Positions 50,901 to 63,232 of a stretch of DNA of 64,000 nt are shown here, one piece after another. How positions within the stretch are numbered: position 1 is the stretch's first letter; each line of letters starts with the position of its first letter. Origin of the DNA: Octopus bimaculoides (lineage: Eukaryota); assembly GCF_001194135.2 (NCBI RefSeq), contig NC_068992.1, positions 67,513,595 through 67,577,594 on the forward strand. The letters run 5' to 3'. Under the pieces are notes generated by a model that ran no database searches, had not been told where the DNA came from, and worked only from the letters and a program-made list of their open reading frames with translations. The translations under genes and the position numbers were made by a program.

Positions 50901-51674
50901 GGCTGGTTGAATTCATTTAGAACATTTTAATGCTCGTAGTTTCATATTTGCTAAAATATAGGTTGCATGCAACTGCTTGTACGTTTAGTAAGTTCGTGAC
51001 TTGTTTAGAAATCAAGTACCAGGAACATAGTATATATTTGGGGCACTACATTGACTTCTTTCAGTACGTTTCTGCATTCCAATTGTATAATTGTGACTGT
51101 ATAGTTGGTGGTTGTATATTACAGAACTGAAATCTAGGAGCGGATTTATTTCTACACTTGTATTCGGCATATAAAGATCTCTGCTCAACAGCCCGAGATA
51201 TTATAAACGAATTACAAATGTTGGGATGGCGAACACACAGGGAAAATAGCAGCTAAGTGTTTCGAATCATATTTAGCCTATACTAGGATACAATATCTTA
51301 CGAGGCAACGTTCTTGCTCGTATCATTTTAGAAGTTACTTCTGTGTCAAGCTTTGCCGTTGCGTAATCCTTCTAAGCGTTTTCATAAGTATGACATCAGA
51401 ATAATGTACAGAAACTGTCTGAAGTTTGAGCAAATTGCGTAAAAATAAATATCATATCTCCATTATGTCACCAGCTGTTTCAAAACTGGGTTATTTTTCA
51501 GTTACACATATTTATAATTCTAACGTATTTTACTTTATGGATTGTAATCTCTAATAGTCATAACAATTGAAATTTAGGCAAAGCTTATAAAACAACAATA
51601 GTTCGATGTAGAAATCAGAACTCCTGGATATTTTAACAAAAAGAAAAAAAAGCATTAAAAACACTAATAGTGAC

Positions 51675-51883
51675 TGAAGTTGCATGGAAGACTTGTTTGT
51701 CCCACCACCATCGCTTGATAACTGACGTTGGTCTGGATACGCGGTTCGGCAAAGAGATCGATAGAGTAAATACTAGGCTTACAAAGAATAAGTCCTGGGA
51801 TTGATTTGTTCGACTAAAGACGCTGCTCCAGCATCGACGCAGTCAATGACTGAAAAAAGTAAAAGAATGAAGGGATAAAAGAA
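51675..51883 (+). mobile_element. SINE family 2, 3' half
   Basis: GCGGTTCGGCAAAGAGATCGATAGAG...GAATAAGTCCTGGG...GCTGCTCCAGCAT...CAATGACTGAAA. Confidence 0.75.
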
Positions 51884-51920
51884 TATATATACATATATGT
51901 ATGTATACACACATATATGC

Positions 51921-51976
<56 letters not shown>

Positions 51977-52542
51977 CACACACACATACACACATACACA
52001 CACACACACACACACACAAATATATATTCGTCAGTAGTATCATTTTCTTTTTTTTTTACTTCAGTTGTTATTCTGTTTGCGCAACTATTCTGATTTGGTA
52101 CACACTGGGCAGTACGTATTTATCGATCACACAAAGAAATCGATGAAATTTGTCATCACTTTTGACAGCAGAGTAGAATATATAACGTAGAAAATTAAAC
52201 ATTTGTTTTTTTTGTGTGTGTCTAGCTTAATGAAATATTAAATATAAATAAGACGTGTCTAAAATGCCAGAGATTTATCACAGAATTATTTTAAGCTATC
52301 AGTATTCGCAAATGTTTATGTAGATCTAACCGAAAACTATTTACATATGCGGACTTTAAATGTATGTGTATAATTCCAAGCGGCTGTACATAGGGAAAAA
52401 TCTGAAAGGAATGGCAATTATCGAAATTTACATATGAAATAGGCACAAGGAAAAATTTACAAAACAGAGTTATCGGATGGATGCATGTGTCTGTGTGTGT
52501 GTGTATGTATGTATATATATATATATATATAAATATATTTTC

Positions 52543-52747
52543 ATTTATTCTTTACATGTGTCAGTCATTTGACTGCGGCTATGCTGGATCACCGCCTTTA
52601 GTAGAGCAAATCAACCCCAGGACTTATACCTTGTAAGCCTAATACTTATTCTATCGTTCTCTTTTGCCGGACAGCCAAGTTACGGGGAAGTACACACACC
52701 AGCATCGGTTCTCAAGCGATGTCGGGGTCCAAACACACACACAAACA

Positions 52748-52800
<53 letters not shown>

Positions 52801-52961
52801 GACGGGCGTCTATCAGTTTCCGTCTACCGAATCCACAGACAAGACTTTGGTCGGCCTGAGGCTATTGTAGAAGGCACTTGCCCAAGGTACCACACAATGG
52901 GACTGAGCTCGGTACGACGTGGTAGTTCAACAAACTACTCGCCACACACCCAATCCTGCGC
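52543..52961 (-). mobile_element. Full-length SINE family 2
   Basis: Same architecture as 42804-43250, with an internal (TA)n at about 52750-52790. Confidence 0.88.
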
Positions 52962-54274
52962 CTATATTACTAGAATGACTTATCATAAACATCTGGATGC
53001 AAAGACATTTGCATTATTGTCAACAAGATTTACGTCTGACCATCGATTTCGACAGGAAACAAAATGCATATATTTTAGTAATGTTCTCGAGTAGAGTTTA
53101 CAAAAGAAATACGCACAGTAACAGACTTAGATATTAAAGCCCCCAAATGTATGTTGCAAACTGAAAAACGATACGTTGAAAATGAAACACATTTCGAATA
53201 ATTTAATCAATGTTAAGATATTTTCAAACGCGGTAATTTCGAAATAAAGGTTCACGCGACAGGCAAGTCTCCTTTATATATCAATCATCTCTATATTAAT
53301 CAGTTTTATATTATTATTTAAACTACATCACTCTAATGCGCATATACAAACATTAATATATGCACATGTATATCCGTATGTATATGTACACCCAAGAAGA
53401 CGCACTACACATGTCTGCGTTTGTATATGCTTCTCTATACAATTTTTCCGATCGATTTGATCTAAAATTCATTTTCTGTGTGCATTGATAAATATCATCT
53501 TATCGATAATATCAATTGATTTCATGCTTTCACTTTTCCAATTTGATCTGATTGCAGCCTGCAATACCTGACCAGTATGGCAAATAAGTCAATGTAACGA
53601 TAACAATGAAGCGATCTTAAGCAGAATTTCAAAATTCCTCTGTTGTATTGTACACAACTTTGATCATTATTTTTCATTACGTAATATCTCAGCGACACTG
53701 GAGTCAAAATTAAATGTTATACAGCCTTCACAGAATTTTGTCGCAATAGTTCTTCTTTAATACGTCAAAGAAATGTAATTAAATACCAGCAGACATATAC
53801 ACTCAGATGCTTACAAATCTATTATATTTTGTTACTATTTGTTTCTAACCGACGCATATAGCTTGAGTTTGGGAAAAGAGACGTTGCTTTAAAAGTTATC
53901 CGTATTATTTGGTGATACATATTTTGTCTTTCTAGAAACCCTTAATGCAATATGATCACAAAATACAATTTTTTAGAAGCCCCATGAATTTAAAAAGAAA
54001 GTTGCGAGAGTTTGAGACTGCAATAATTAAGTTTAAACACAGATGAAAACTTAAACCCTAAGACTAGAAGATTATTCAAAAATTGAATTATTTAAGAGTT
54101 TCTATATGCTATATAGTCAACTAGATTTACAACTCACAACGGAAACACGTGACAAAGCATCACAAGACATACTTTTTGGTAATCCACCATTTCTTTTCTA
54201 CTACTCTCACGTGTCACAAACTGCATCAGTTTTCCATAACAATTTTATTACTAGTGTACACTTAGCATCAGTGA

Positions 54275-54460
54275 AGAGGCATAGGTAAGCGTCTAGGATG
54301 TTGCACTCACGGTCATAACATCATGGTTTCAATTCCGAGACAGGGTGGGGGCATTGTGGACTTGCACAAGAAGCTTCATTTTGCGTTGCTTAAACCTAGA
54401 CTAGTGGAATGCACGATGGCCGAGAGTGTTTTTATCTCTGCTCACAACGTCTCAGGCATG
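54275..54460 (+). mobile_element. tRNA-derived SINE family 3
   Basis: AGGATGTTGCACTCACG...GGTTTCAATTCC (box B)...TTGTGGACTTGCACAAGAAGCTTCATTTTGCGTTGCT. Confidence 0.55.
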
Positions 54461-55379
54461 TGTTTAAGTGTGTTACATTCTATCGAGGGTCACATTTACT
54501 TGCGAGTGACAGCTAAACTATTCACCATATGTAGGAAATACATAGCTATGTGTAATGTATGTATGAAATTTGCACACCTTTCTAACACTTCTAATGTAAT
54601 GGAAACGTCTATAAACAATGCTGTTCTTCAACATGTCCCCCCTGTTCGTGCTAATATTGTCCTTCCATTTATTCCTATTCCAATCACCCGTATCCCATCT
54701 CTCACGTAGCCACAGGTATTTCTGCTTCATTAATTTTTATTACTTTCTTCCCAGAAGAAAAAAAAAATCATTTTAACTGGCATACGGCGAAAATCTATGG
54801 ACTTTTATGTGAGTCAAATGATTAGAGGCTAAATATTTTATATATTTTTAGGTGTATATTTAAACATATATGCGAGAAAAATTGATTTAAAGGGGCTTAA
54901 AAATTATTATGCAATTCATAATTTATATTTATTAGATATATGTGTTTGGCCTATACATTAAATATAAAACGCTGCATTTAACCGTTCTTTAATACAATTT
55001 ACTCATAGAAAATAGGGTGATAAATATTGCCTAATAGACAGATAAGTCGAACGAGAGAGAGACAGAGAGAGATGAGCAATTTAAAGCTAGATGTGAAATT
55101 AACCAGCAAATTACACCTAATGTATATCTTTATTATACTTAAAAATATCGATTTGAAATATATAGTTTTATTATACATAAGTATATCGATTGCAAACGTC
55201 AACGATTTTACCTCTTCTTGAAAACGTTAACTATACAAACTGCACAAATAGTATGTGACAGCTTAAGAAAGATAAGGAAAATACCTAAATAACGAATGAT
55301 ATTTCTCAATATTAGCACTAAAATATGGAAACTATGACGAAAATCTACATACATTTACATATATACTTACACACACACG

Positions 55380-55410
<31 letters not shown>

Positions 55411-55469
55411 ACATATATAGTTGTATATATATATATATATATATATAGTTGTATATCGTCATAGTTTCC

Positions 55470-55528
<59 letters not shown>

Positions 55529-55779
55529 CTTCATAGTTTCCTTATTTTTTATATTTATATACACGCACACGCACACGCACACGCACGCACACACACACAC
55601 ACAGATAGAGACAGAGAGCCTGACTGTACTACTGTTGTTAGGAAAATGCCCGTGTGCTGAGAAATGCGCGGTTAAAGAATGACAGTGAACCGGAACAGAA
55701 CATGTATTACTTTAAATATTCTCGCACTGTCTTCTCTATAATGTGTGGGTTCGTTTGGAGAAAAATAGGTGGGAATATC

Positions 55780-56280
55780 CAGGGTGGAGCTGGAGATAGA
55801 TAAATAAGTGTTGCTGAGTCGTCAGGTTGAGCAGAAGAGAGTGGTTAGCAGGAAACGAGGAGTCTGTATGTGTGGAGAGGGATTGAAAGAATATAATGGT
55901 TAAAGATTGCGAATGGTTTAACGAGTCATAATGATTAACAGGTCTTTGGGATTAGTAGGTGATAACTAGGAATTGCATAGGGTTGAGGTGTAAGTAGATA
56001 GGAGGTGGAAAGCCCGATGATGTATAGCTGTTTCGCGAGCAGAAAATATATCTGTCAGTGCCGAAAAAAAGAACGTTGAAGAGCAACTGTGAGAATGTAA
56101 GCTGGTGAAGGATGTAAAAGATGACATTATACAGACAATGTAAAAAGTGGGTGGAGAGGTCAGTATTAAGCATAAATGTTGGATGGCAACTGAAACGATT
56201 CCGTGTAATAAGAGAAAGATGTATCGAGGGAAATGGTGAATTATCTTGTACTGCTTACACTTAATTACAGCTGAGGAATA
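55780..56280 (-). mobile_element. Possible CR1/L2-like LINE 3' relic
   Basis: C/T-rich minus strand with weak HRAFHLL..Y...LCNS similarity; tentative. Confidence 0.25.
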
Positions 56281-56289
56281 CTGCAATTA

Positions 56290-56760
56290 GAGAGGCGATA
56301 GGTGGTAGATTGCCTGGATGAGAAAACTGCGTGTGTATATACGCAAATTGTATTTACATAACCGCAGCTTTGCTGATGTAGGTGGGTCTCCTGGTGAACT
56401 GCATCTCACCGGTGATCTCAACGTTTTGCAATCTCCTTCGTGATGTTCAAGTTCCTGAGAAGAACATTTACCACTTCTTTTTATGTGGTCTTGCATCTCC
56501 CACTTCTGCAAGTTCATTGCAGATTAAATAAACAGCACTTCATTATACACCTGTCACCATCACATGTCAACTTCAGCGTAATCTTATTTCTTGCACGCAA
56601 CATTTGATTCCTCTTATGCCCAGATTCTCTCCCAATATATTTGTTCTTCGTCTTTCATGGAAACGTACATTATCCGTCCAAAAGAACACGATAGCTCCAA
56701 TTCTTTCCACTTTCTCAAGACTTCTGCATTCTAATTATCCACGTTACTTGCCTTGACAAA
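56290..56760 (-). mobile_element. RTE-like LINE 3' fragment
   Basis: NVRFHERRRTNILGENLGIRGIKCCVQEIRLR resembles the RTE post-RT C-terminus (R.RW.GHV). Confidence 0.55.
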
Positions 56761-57475
56761 GACAGGTACTTATATTTTCTCCTGAAAGTCGTTTCATAGT
56801 GTCCATTCCGTTTTCCTCGCTCTGAGTCCGTAGGTCTGAGGAGAGGATGTATGCATAACTCCATCTGAATGTGTGAAGAGCAATACATTCTTTTGCTCTC
56901 CTATCCAGACGCGCGCGCGCACACACACATCTGTTTGTATGTCTCGGATTGGTTTATTCTATGCGTGAATACCCTTTTTGATTTCGATATCATTAATATC
57001 AACATATAAGAAATCGCTAATAGCGACTTATATTGCAAACAATTTTCATAAGTTGAAATGATCCATTAAAACGTATTATAATTCACAGGAGGAGGAATAA
57101 TTTGCTGATATTAAATATTTTTTGTTAAGCTTCTTGTAATTCTCGGATTCATGTATAAACTTTGGAATTGTGTTCGTATTTATCGTAGAAATGTATTAAC
57201 CCTGTTAACTATTTGTATGCACATAAACCGTTACAAATACTCTTGACATGGCTTGAATTTAGTAGAAGCCACTGAGTCTATCAGCGTGTGTTATTGCTGA
57301 GGGGCCGTTGGCAAATTGCTTTGAATGTGTAGATGTAGCGGGATGATGATTCTGCTACGGTTAAAGCGGACGCTGTTTCAAAGGTATTGGCATTTGATTT
57401 CCTTTTGTGCTGTTGAGTTGTTGCTCATGGTTGGTTAGACATGCGATTATCCTTAGCTGACCATTAAGATTCGGC

Positions 57476-57520
<45 letters not shown>

Positions 57521-58149
57521 AGAATTAACAAAAAAAAGAACAACAGACGAAGACATGTGATGTGGAAAACAAACAGATGTATTACTATAATGCTCGGGAT
57601 TTCAAAAAGTCTTTAATACTTATTGTTCTGTGTGTATTGTTAACAACTTGACAATCGGAAAGCTTCACTTGAAATATTGATTCTTTTTCTGAAATTGCAC
57701 TGCAATAAAATGGATATTTATTAAACTATAGAACTTTTTTAATGGCGCCCCTACGATAATGGCTTCTGAAATTAATTAGTTTAACATTTTTCCTTTTCTC
57801 TCTTTCTCTAGCTATTAGTCCCCAGATATCTTGAGTTACTTCTTGGGAATATTGTTATCGTTCTTATATAATTGTCATATTCCGAAATTCCATTACATAA
57901 ATTACAAATTAAAAATGATGAGCGCTAGTTCAATTCATTATTGTATCTGAGGCAAAGATTAAAACGTTAGGACCTGCAAATCTATTCGCTCAGACAAGAG
58001 TTTGACGAATATAAATTCTCTAAAACTATCATCGTGTGTTCGTTTAATCACCTGCAGTAATTTACTAAAATTAAAATAAATGCCATATATTCAAACCATT
58101 ATATACTATCTTAGTTTCGGTATCGTCCGCTCCCACTATATGTGTACGT

Positions 58150-58420
58150 ATAAATATAAGAAACGTTTTAAAACATGAAATCCATCACAATACATTTCAA
58201 GAATTCGAAAATTTTATTCATCAATGTAAGTACCATTACAACAACACATTTTTGATTTTTGCCAACGAGTTACAGGTTTGTTTATTCCGGTAACATAAAA
58301 ATCTAGAGTTATGGAGTTGATGAACCCTTTCAGCGCACTTTCAGCATCGGTTTGTGTAGCATCGGTTTTCCTGGGTTTGAAGAAGTTATGAGTCCAGCAG
58401 TATACCACCAACGATTCAAT
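58150..58420 (-). mobile_element. mariner transposase C-terminal relic
   Basis: DAESALKGFINSITLDFYVTGINKPVTRWQK...CNGTYIDE* matches the mariner/Hsmar1-type end (DAENAFQEFVESRSTDFYATGINKLISRWQKCVDCNGSYFD). Confidence 0.75.
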
Positions 58421-58959
58421 TTTGTTTTTTGGCGGGTAGAGGTTTCATGACAGTGGAGGTGGACAGATAGAAATATAGATAGGTAGATAGGCTGATAGAT
58501 AAATAGACAGTTAGACAGAGAGGTAGAGAGAAGCGGTATCGGCCTTACGATTCACCATTTATTTATTGAGCCCTATTCACCGTTTATTTATTTAATATTG
58601 GAATGTGTATTGTGACCTCTTCAAAAAAAAAAATAGAAAAAAATCAGGTTGGTTTGGTCGTCACCGAGAGTAATTTTGCTTACATTCTCCCTTCCCCTTT
58701 TCCTTCTTTTTTTCCCCTCTTTCTTTCTTTTCTTCTCTTTGGATGATATTTAGAAAGAAAGAGAGAGGGATAAAAGGGAAAGGGCGAGGGAGAATGAAAG
58801 CAAAATGACTTTCAGTAAACGACCAAACCGCACCTGTTGGTTTTTTTTTTTTTTGAAGGATCACCATGCTTAAACCCATTCCAATACAATGGTAAATGAC
58901 TAAATAAATAAATGAATGGTGAATAGGAAAGTGGCTACCCCTTATTTCTCTCTCCTTCT

Positions 58960-59070
58960 GCCTAATTGTCTATCTATCTATCTATCGATCTATCTATCTG
59001 TCTGTCTGTCACTCTGTCTGTCTACGTCTCTCTGTCTGTCTGTCTGTCTACCTATATTTCTATCTATCCA
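58960..59070. repeat. (TCTA/TCTG)n tetranucleotide tract
   Basis: Directly visible. Confidence 0.9.
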
Positions 59071-59240
59071 TTTCCATTGTCATGCAACCTCACCCCCAAA
59101 ACAAAAACAATGTTCTCCTCTAAACATAACCCCCCCCCCCCAATAACATCTGTTTTATATAAATGAACAAGCTGTTTGTACATTCACAAAATTTTATTTG
59201 ACAAGTTCTAGAGAGGAACGAAAGCGTTAATAATAATAAT

Positions 59241-60616
59241 ACCCCATGGATAGCTGAGAATAAAGACAAACCTGTGGCTGCGATGTCTTTCAGCCAAGAA
59301 GTCGGTAGTCTGCCTCTTTTACGTCTGCCGTTCAACCTCCCAGTTATAATCATTCGCTCAAGTCCATCCCGGTGCATGACGTGGCCAAAGAACTGTAGCT
59401 TCCGCTTCATGTTGTTTCGCCAAAGCATCATCTCGCAACCAAGCTTTTCTAGTACCCAGGTTTACGTCCTGCTCTCCGTCCACGACACTCTAAGGATTCT
59501 GCAGTATCACCACATTTCAAAAGCGATCACTCTTTTCTCGTCTGCCTTCAACATTGTTCTCGGCTCGCAGCCATACGTCGCAATACAGAAAGCGGCAGCC
59601 CGAAGTAGCCTTATCTTCAGCAGCATTGACATGCCATGACTCTTCCAGATGTTCTCCATATCTTGTACCACTTGCCCCACTATTGCGAGTCTTCTCCGTA
59701 TCTCTGGTGTACTGGATCCACTGGTGCTGATTGTGGATCCCAAGTACACAAAATCATCCACTTCCTGAATCATTTCTCCGTCTACGGTGAAGTCACCTTG
59801 GTCTGTCCACCACCAAGATCTTTGGATTCTTTACATTCAGGAATGGGTCACTCTGTGCACTCATGTCTTTCACTTTGCGTATCATCCACAGCAATTCGTC
59901 CTTGCTGTGACTTATGAGGGTTGTGTCATCGGCGTATCTCAGATTGGACAGCGTTTCCTTGCCAATCTGCACACCACCATCGTAGTTCTCCTTCACCGCT
60001 CTTATGGTGTTGTCTGCGTAGATGTTGTACAGATATGGAGACAGAACAAATCCCTGTCGGACAACCCTCTCAATGCCGAACCACTCAGTGTCACCGATGG
60101 ATATCCTGACAGATGACTCTTGATCTTGATATAGTCACACCAACAGTAGTGCGACTAAGTGTTCAGGAAATCCCATGTCCTTCAGGATGTCCCACATCTT
60201 TGCTGTGTCTCGCACAGTCGAAGGCTTAAGAATAGTCGATGAAACGCACGCAAAGTGGGATGTTACATTCCTTAAACTTCTCGATCATCATCCTGATGTC
60301 GGCTATCTTTCCCCCTTCTTCCTCTGCCCTTGACGAAGCCGGCTTGCTCCTCAGCAATGACACTGCTATATTTCCGCTGCTCTGTACCTACGATGATTCG
60401 CAGCAGGGTCTTGCTTGCGTGGACAATAAGACTGGTGGTTCGGTGGTTAGAGCACACGCGTGGGTTGCCTTTCTTTGGTATTGGTACGAAGACTGCACGA
60501 CACCGGTCGATCGGCCGCTGCACGTCGTTCCAGATCTTGACACACAGTCTCCACAAAAGTTCTATCCCAACATCTCCCGTCGCCTTCCATACCTCGATGG
60601 GAAGTTCATCAACGCC

Positions 60617-60620
<4 letters not shown>
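59241..60620 (-). mobile_element. 5'-truncated RTE-clade LINE, frameshifted RT with intact YADD
   Basis: PIPKKGNPRVCSNHRTTSLI, EEQAGFVKGRG, LSNLRYADDTTL, FVYLGS, EIRRRLA, KLQFFGHV...GRRKRGR; ends at a (TTA)n tail and starts at a TA run. Confidence 0.93.
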
Positions 60621-60657
<37 letters not shown>

Positions 60658-62555
60658 CACACGTCTCTTTGTATATATAAGTAAAAATTCAGTCGAATTA
60701 AGTACATAAATTGAGGCACCTTGTTATGTCGGAATAATACACACACGTGTGTAAATATCTGTTCCTATGTATGTATAATGCATGTACATACATGTGTGTG
60801 CATGTGTACGTGTGTAGAAAAGTATACGTCAGCGGAAATAGATTTAAGAACTTCATTGACGTGATATATCGGTAATCAATCAGCATATAAAATTTCTATT
60901 GATATTTTCTCAGCTTCTATTTTAAATTGACGCACATAACTCGATATATCAATTATACTTATAAAATGCTTACCATTAATGCATCATATAGTTTTCGAGA
61001 TCATAAACTCATTTACATTCCATTGCCGGTAAAATGCATTTACACGCGATTCTTTACAGATATTCCTATATAAATTTCTATTCCGACACATACACACAAA
61101 CAATAAACATTGTCTGCGCTTATAAGCACAGAGTTTTATATCTTATATACTTTAAATACTTTTATTCTTTAACTTGTCTCAGTTATTAGACTGCGGCCAT
61201 GCTTAGGCACTAATGCGAAGTGTTTATTCGAACAAATCGCCGCAGTATTGATATATGTATGAATATGTTTGTATGTATGTATATATGTATGTGTATATCT
61301 ATCTATAATCAGACACACGCACGCACAAATACATATCTTTCTGCACCTATCACTCTCGTACAATGGGAGAAGCATTTTCATATATAATCTTAATAGCAGA
61401 TAATTATTAGTCCTTTAATTGGAGCTAACATTTGACATCTACGGAAAATAATTATTTTGTATGAACATACCATCTTTTGCATCAATGTAAATTAGTTCTG
61501 CCATTGTTGTGAGTGCCCCGTCATCGTATTTTACCGTATACCGTATATGAGTCGTCATTTTTGATGCATTCTTTACAGAATAATTTTCTTCTGGCCTTCA
61601 TTGGAATTCTTTATATTTCATTAAATAAAATTACTCTTGGCAATCTCTTCTCCATTTTCCAAATATCCGGTTTCTTTTGGTTAAAACTTCACAATCAACA
61701 GATGTGAATCTTTTGCATAGGTTAGTTGAAGTATAGCCGTAAATGTTTTATGCGGTTATGTCAAAAGTTACCTTCATACGAGACTAGCCAGAATAATTGT
61801 AGTGATATATCATTGTAGCTCACTGATTGTATTACTAAGGTCGGCATTCATGGGAACATTCTACAATATTCCAAATTGTTCTTGCTTGGTGTGGTATTCA
61901 TAAAATTATTTTAATTTCTGTGTTCAGCTAAATTCCTAGCAATTTCCGAAATGAATTATTGTGAATATTTGAATTATTAATTCAGGTAATTGGTCTTGCA
62001 GAGACTGGTTTTCGATTTCCCAAATGTAAGTGATATTCTGATAACAGCACAGAAATTTGAAGCTTTATATGATCATATGGCATTCTGTTACAACTGAATG
62101 TAACAATTTATACACGCTAAGAGATGTTTAGTTTATTGTCAGGTCATCATAACAATCCTTACAATCAACCGTATTAGTCTGATGTTGCAATTAAGTATCA
62201 CCCTGAAATCATTAACCCCAAAATCATTGCTGCGAACCTCGAATATTTTGTCTATTTTTCTAGTGCTTTAAATGGTTTTCATTTAGCCCAGTTTGATATT
62301 TGTAAACTTTAGCGGTCGACCTAATGTCTTTTACGTGTTCCTGTCATTTGACTTCGGCCCAGCTTGGACACTGACTTGAAGGATTTCAGGGAAACGAATC
62401 GGCCTCTATACTTAGTTTTCTTTAAAGCTTGGTACTAATTATGTCACTACGTTACGGCAAAGCAAACACGGGTATAGAGTTCTATATTTAAGAGACGAGG
62501 AATTATGTACATTACATACATTTGACGGCTATTTGTCCTCCTCTTGTTTGATGTT

Positions 62556-62601
62556 AGCTCAACGTTTCAGCTGATATACCTTCCAGCCTTCATCAGGTGC
62601 C
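62556..62601 (-). ncRNA. Minimal type I hammerhead motif (copy B-left)
   Basis: GGCAC-CTGATGA-A-GGCTG-GAAGGTATAT-CAGCT-GAAAC-GT-T-GAGCT; intact core, 5-bp stem II (one G-U), stem I 4 of 5 pairs. Confidence 0.7.
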
Positions 62602-62694
62602 TTGGAGAAATTTCGAATCTGGGTTCTCATTCCTAAGGTAGTTTTTCGATGTTGTTGTTGTTATTATTAATATTATTATTATTATTATTCCCAC

Positions 62695-62767
62695 GGGCAT
62701 ATGGCGTAGTGGTTAAGTGCGCGGGCTACTAACCCCAAGATTCCGAGTTCGATTCGAGGCAGTGACC
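62695..62767 (+). promoter_or_regulatory. tRNA-like Pol III head (box A and box B)
   Basis: Box A TGGCGTAGTGG at 62702-62712, anticodon-like arm GGG-CTACTAA-CCC, box B GTTCGATTC at 62747-62755. The acceptor stem does not close, so it is not called a tRNA gene. Confidence 0.8.
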
Positions 62768-62770
62768 TGG

Positions 62771-62804
<34 letters not shown>

Positions 62805-62838
62805 TAACATCGAAAGAAATACCTTAGGAATGAGAACC

Positions 62839-62879
62839 CAGATGAAGGCTGGAGGGTGTATCAGCCGAAACGTTGTGTT
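62839..62879 (+). ncRNA. Damaged hammerhead motif (copy B-right)
   Basis: CAGATGA-A-GGCTG-GAGGGTGTAT-CAGCC-GAAAC-GT-T-GTGTT; perfect stem II, but the deletion removes the 5' strand of stem I and changes core position U4. Confidence 0.6.
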
Positions 62880-63060
62880 AACAACAAGATGAGGACATTT
62901 TGAAATTCAACAGTATTGATTGAAAATTGTTTCGAGTATCTGTTCTGTTTGATAAGAAGTTACATTTTAAGTAAGCAAGGTAGTTTCTATAAGCTTTCAG
63001 GGGTTGAAGAATCGTCAGTCTCATTAGGAAGAGACAGGTTTCCTACACGTGATGTACTAC

Positions 63061-63232
63061 TGAGTATTTAGAGAGTCTTGATTGAGTATTTAGAGAGTCT
63101 TGATTGAGTATTTAGAGAATCTTGATTGAGTATTTAGTCTTGATTGGGTATTTAGAGAGTCTTGATTGGGTATTTAGAGAGTCTTGATTGGGTATTTAGA
63201 GAGTCTTGATTGGGTATTTAGAGAGTCTTGAT
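63061..63232. repeat. 22-bp minisatellite, 8 units
   Basis: TG(A/G)GTATTTAGAGAGTCTTGAT x8; unit 4 carries a 4-bp deletion. Confidence 0.97.

Larger units (their letters stand above)
62473..62900. mobile_element. Hammerhead-bearing tRNA-headed element, locus B (inverted body / head / body)
   Basis: Minus-strand body 62473-62690, plus-strand tRNA-like head 62691-62770, (AAT)n, plus-strand body 62806-62897. The arms are reverse complements apart from a 24-nt deletion and a few substitutions. Confidence 0.88.

Noticed and set aside
62695-62767. Functional tRNA gene
   Set aside because: Boxes A/B and an anticodon-like arm are present, but the acceptor stem does not pair and the head is part of a repeat.
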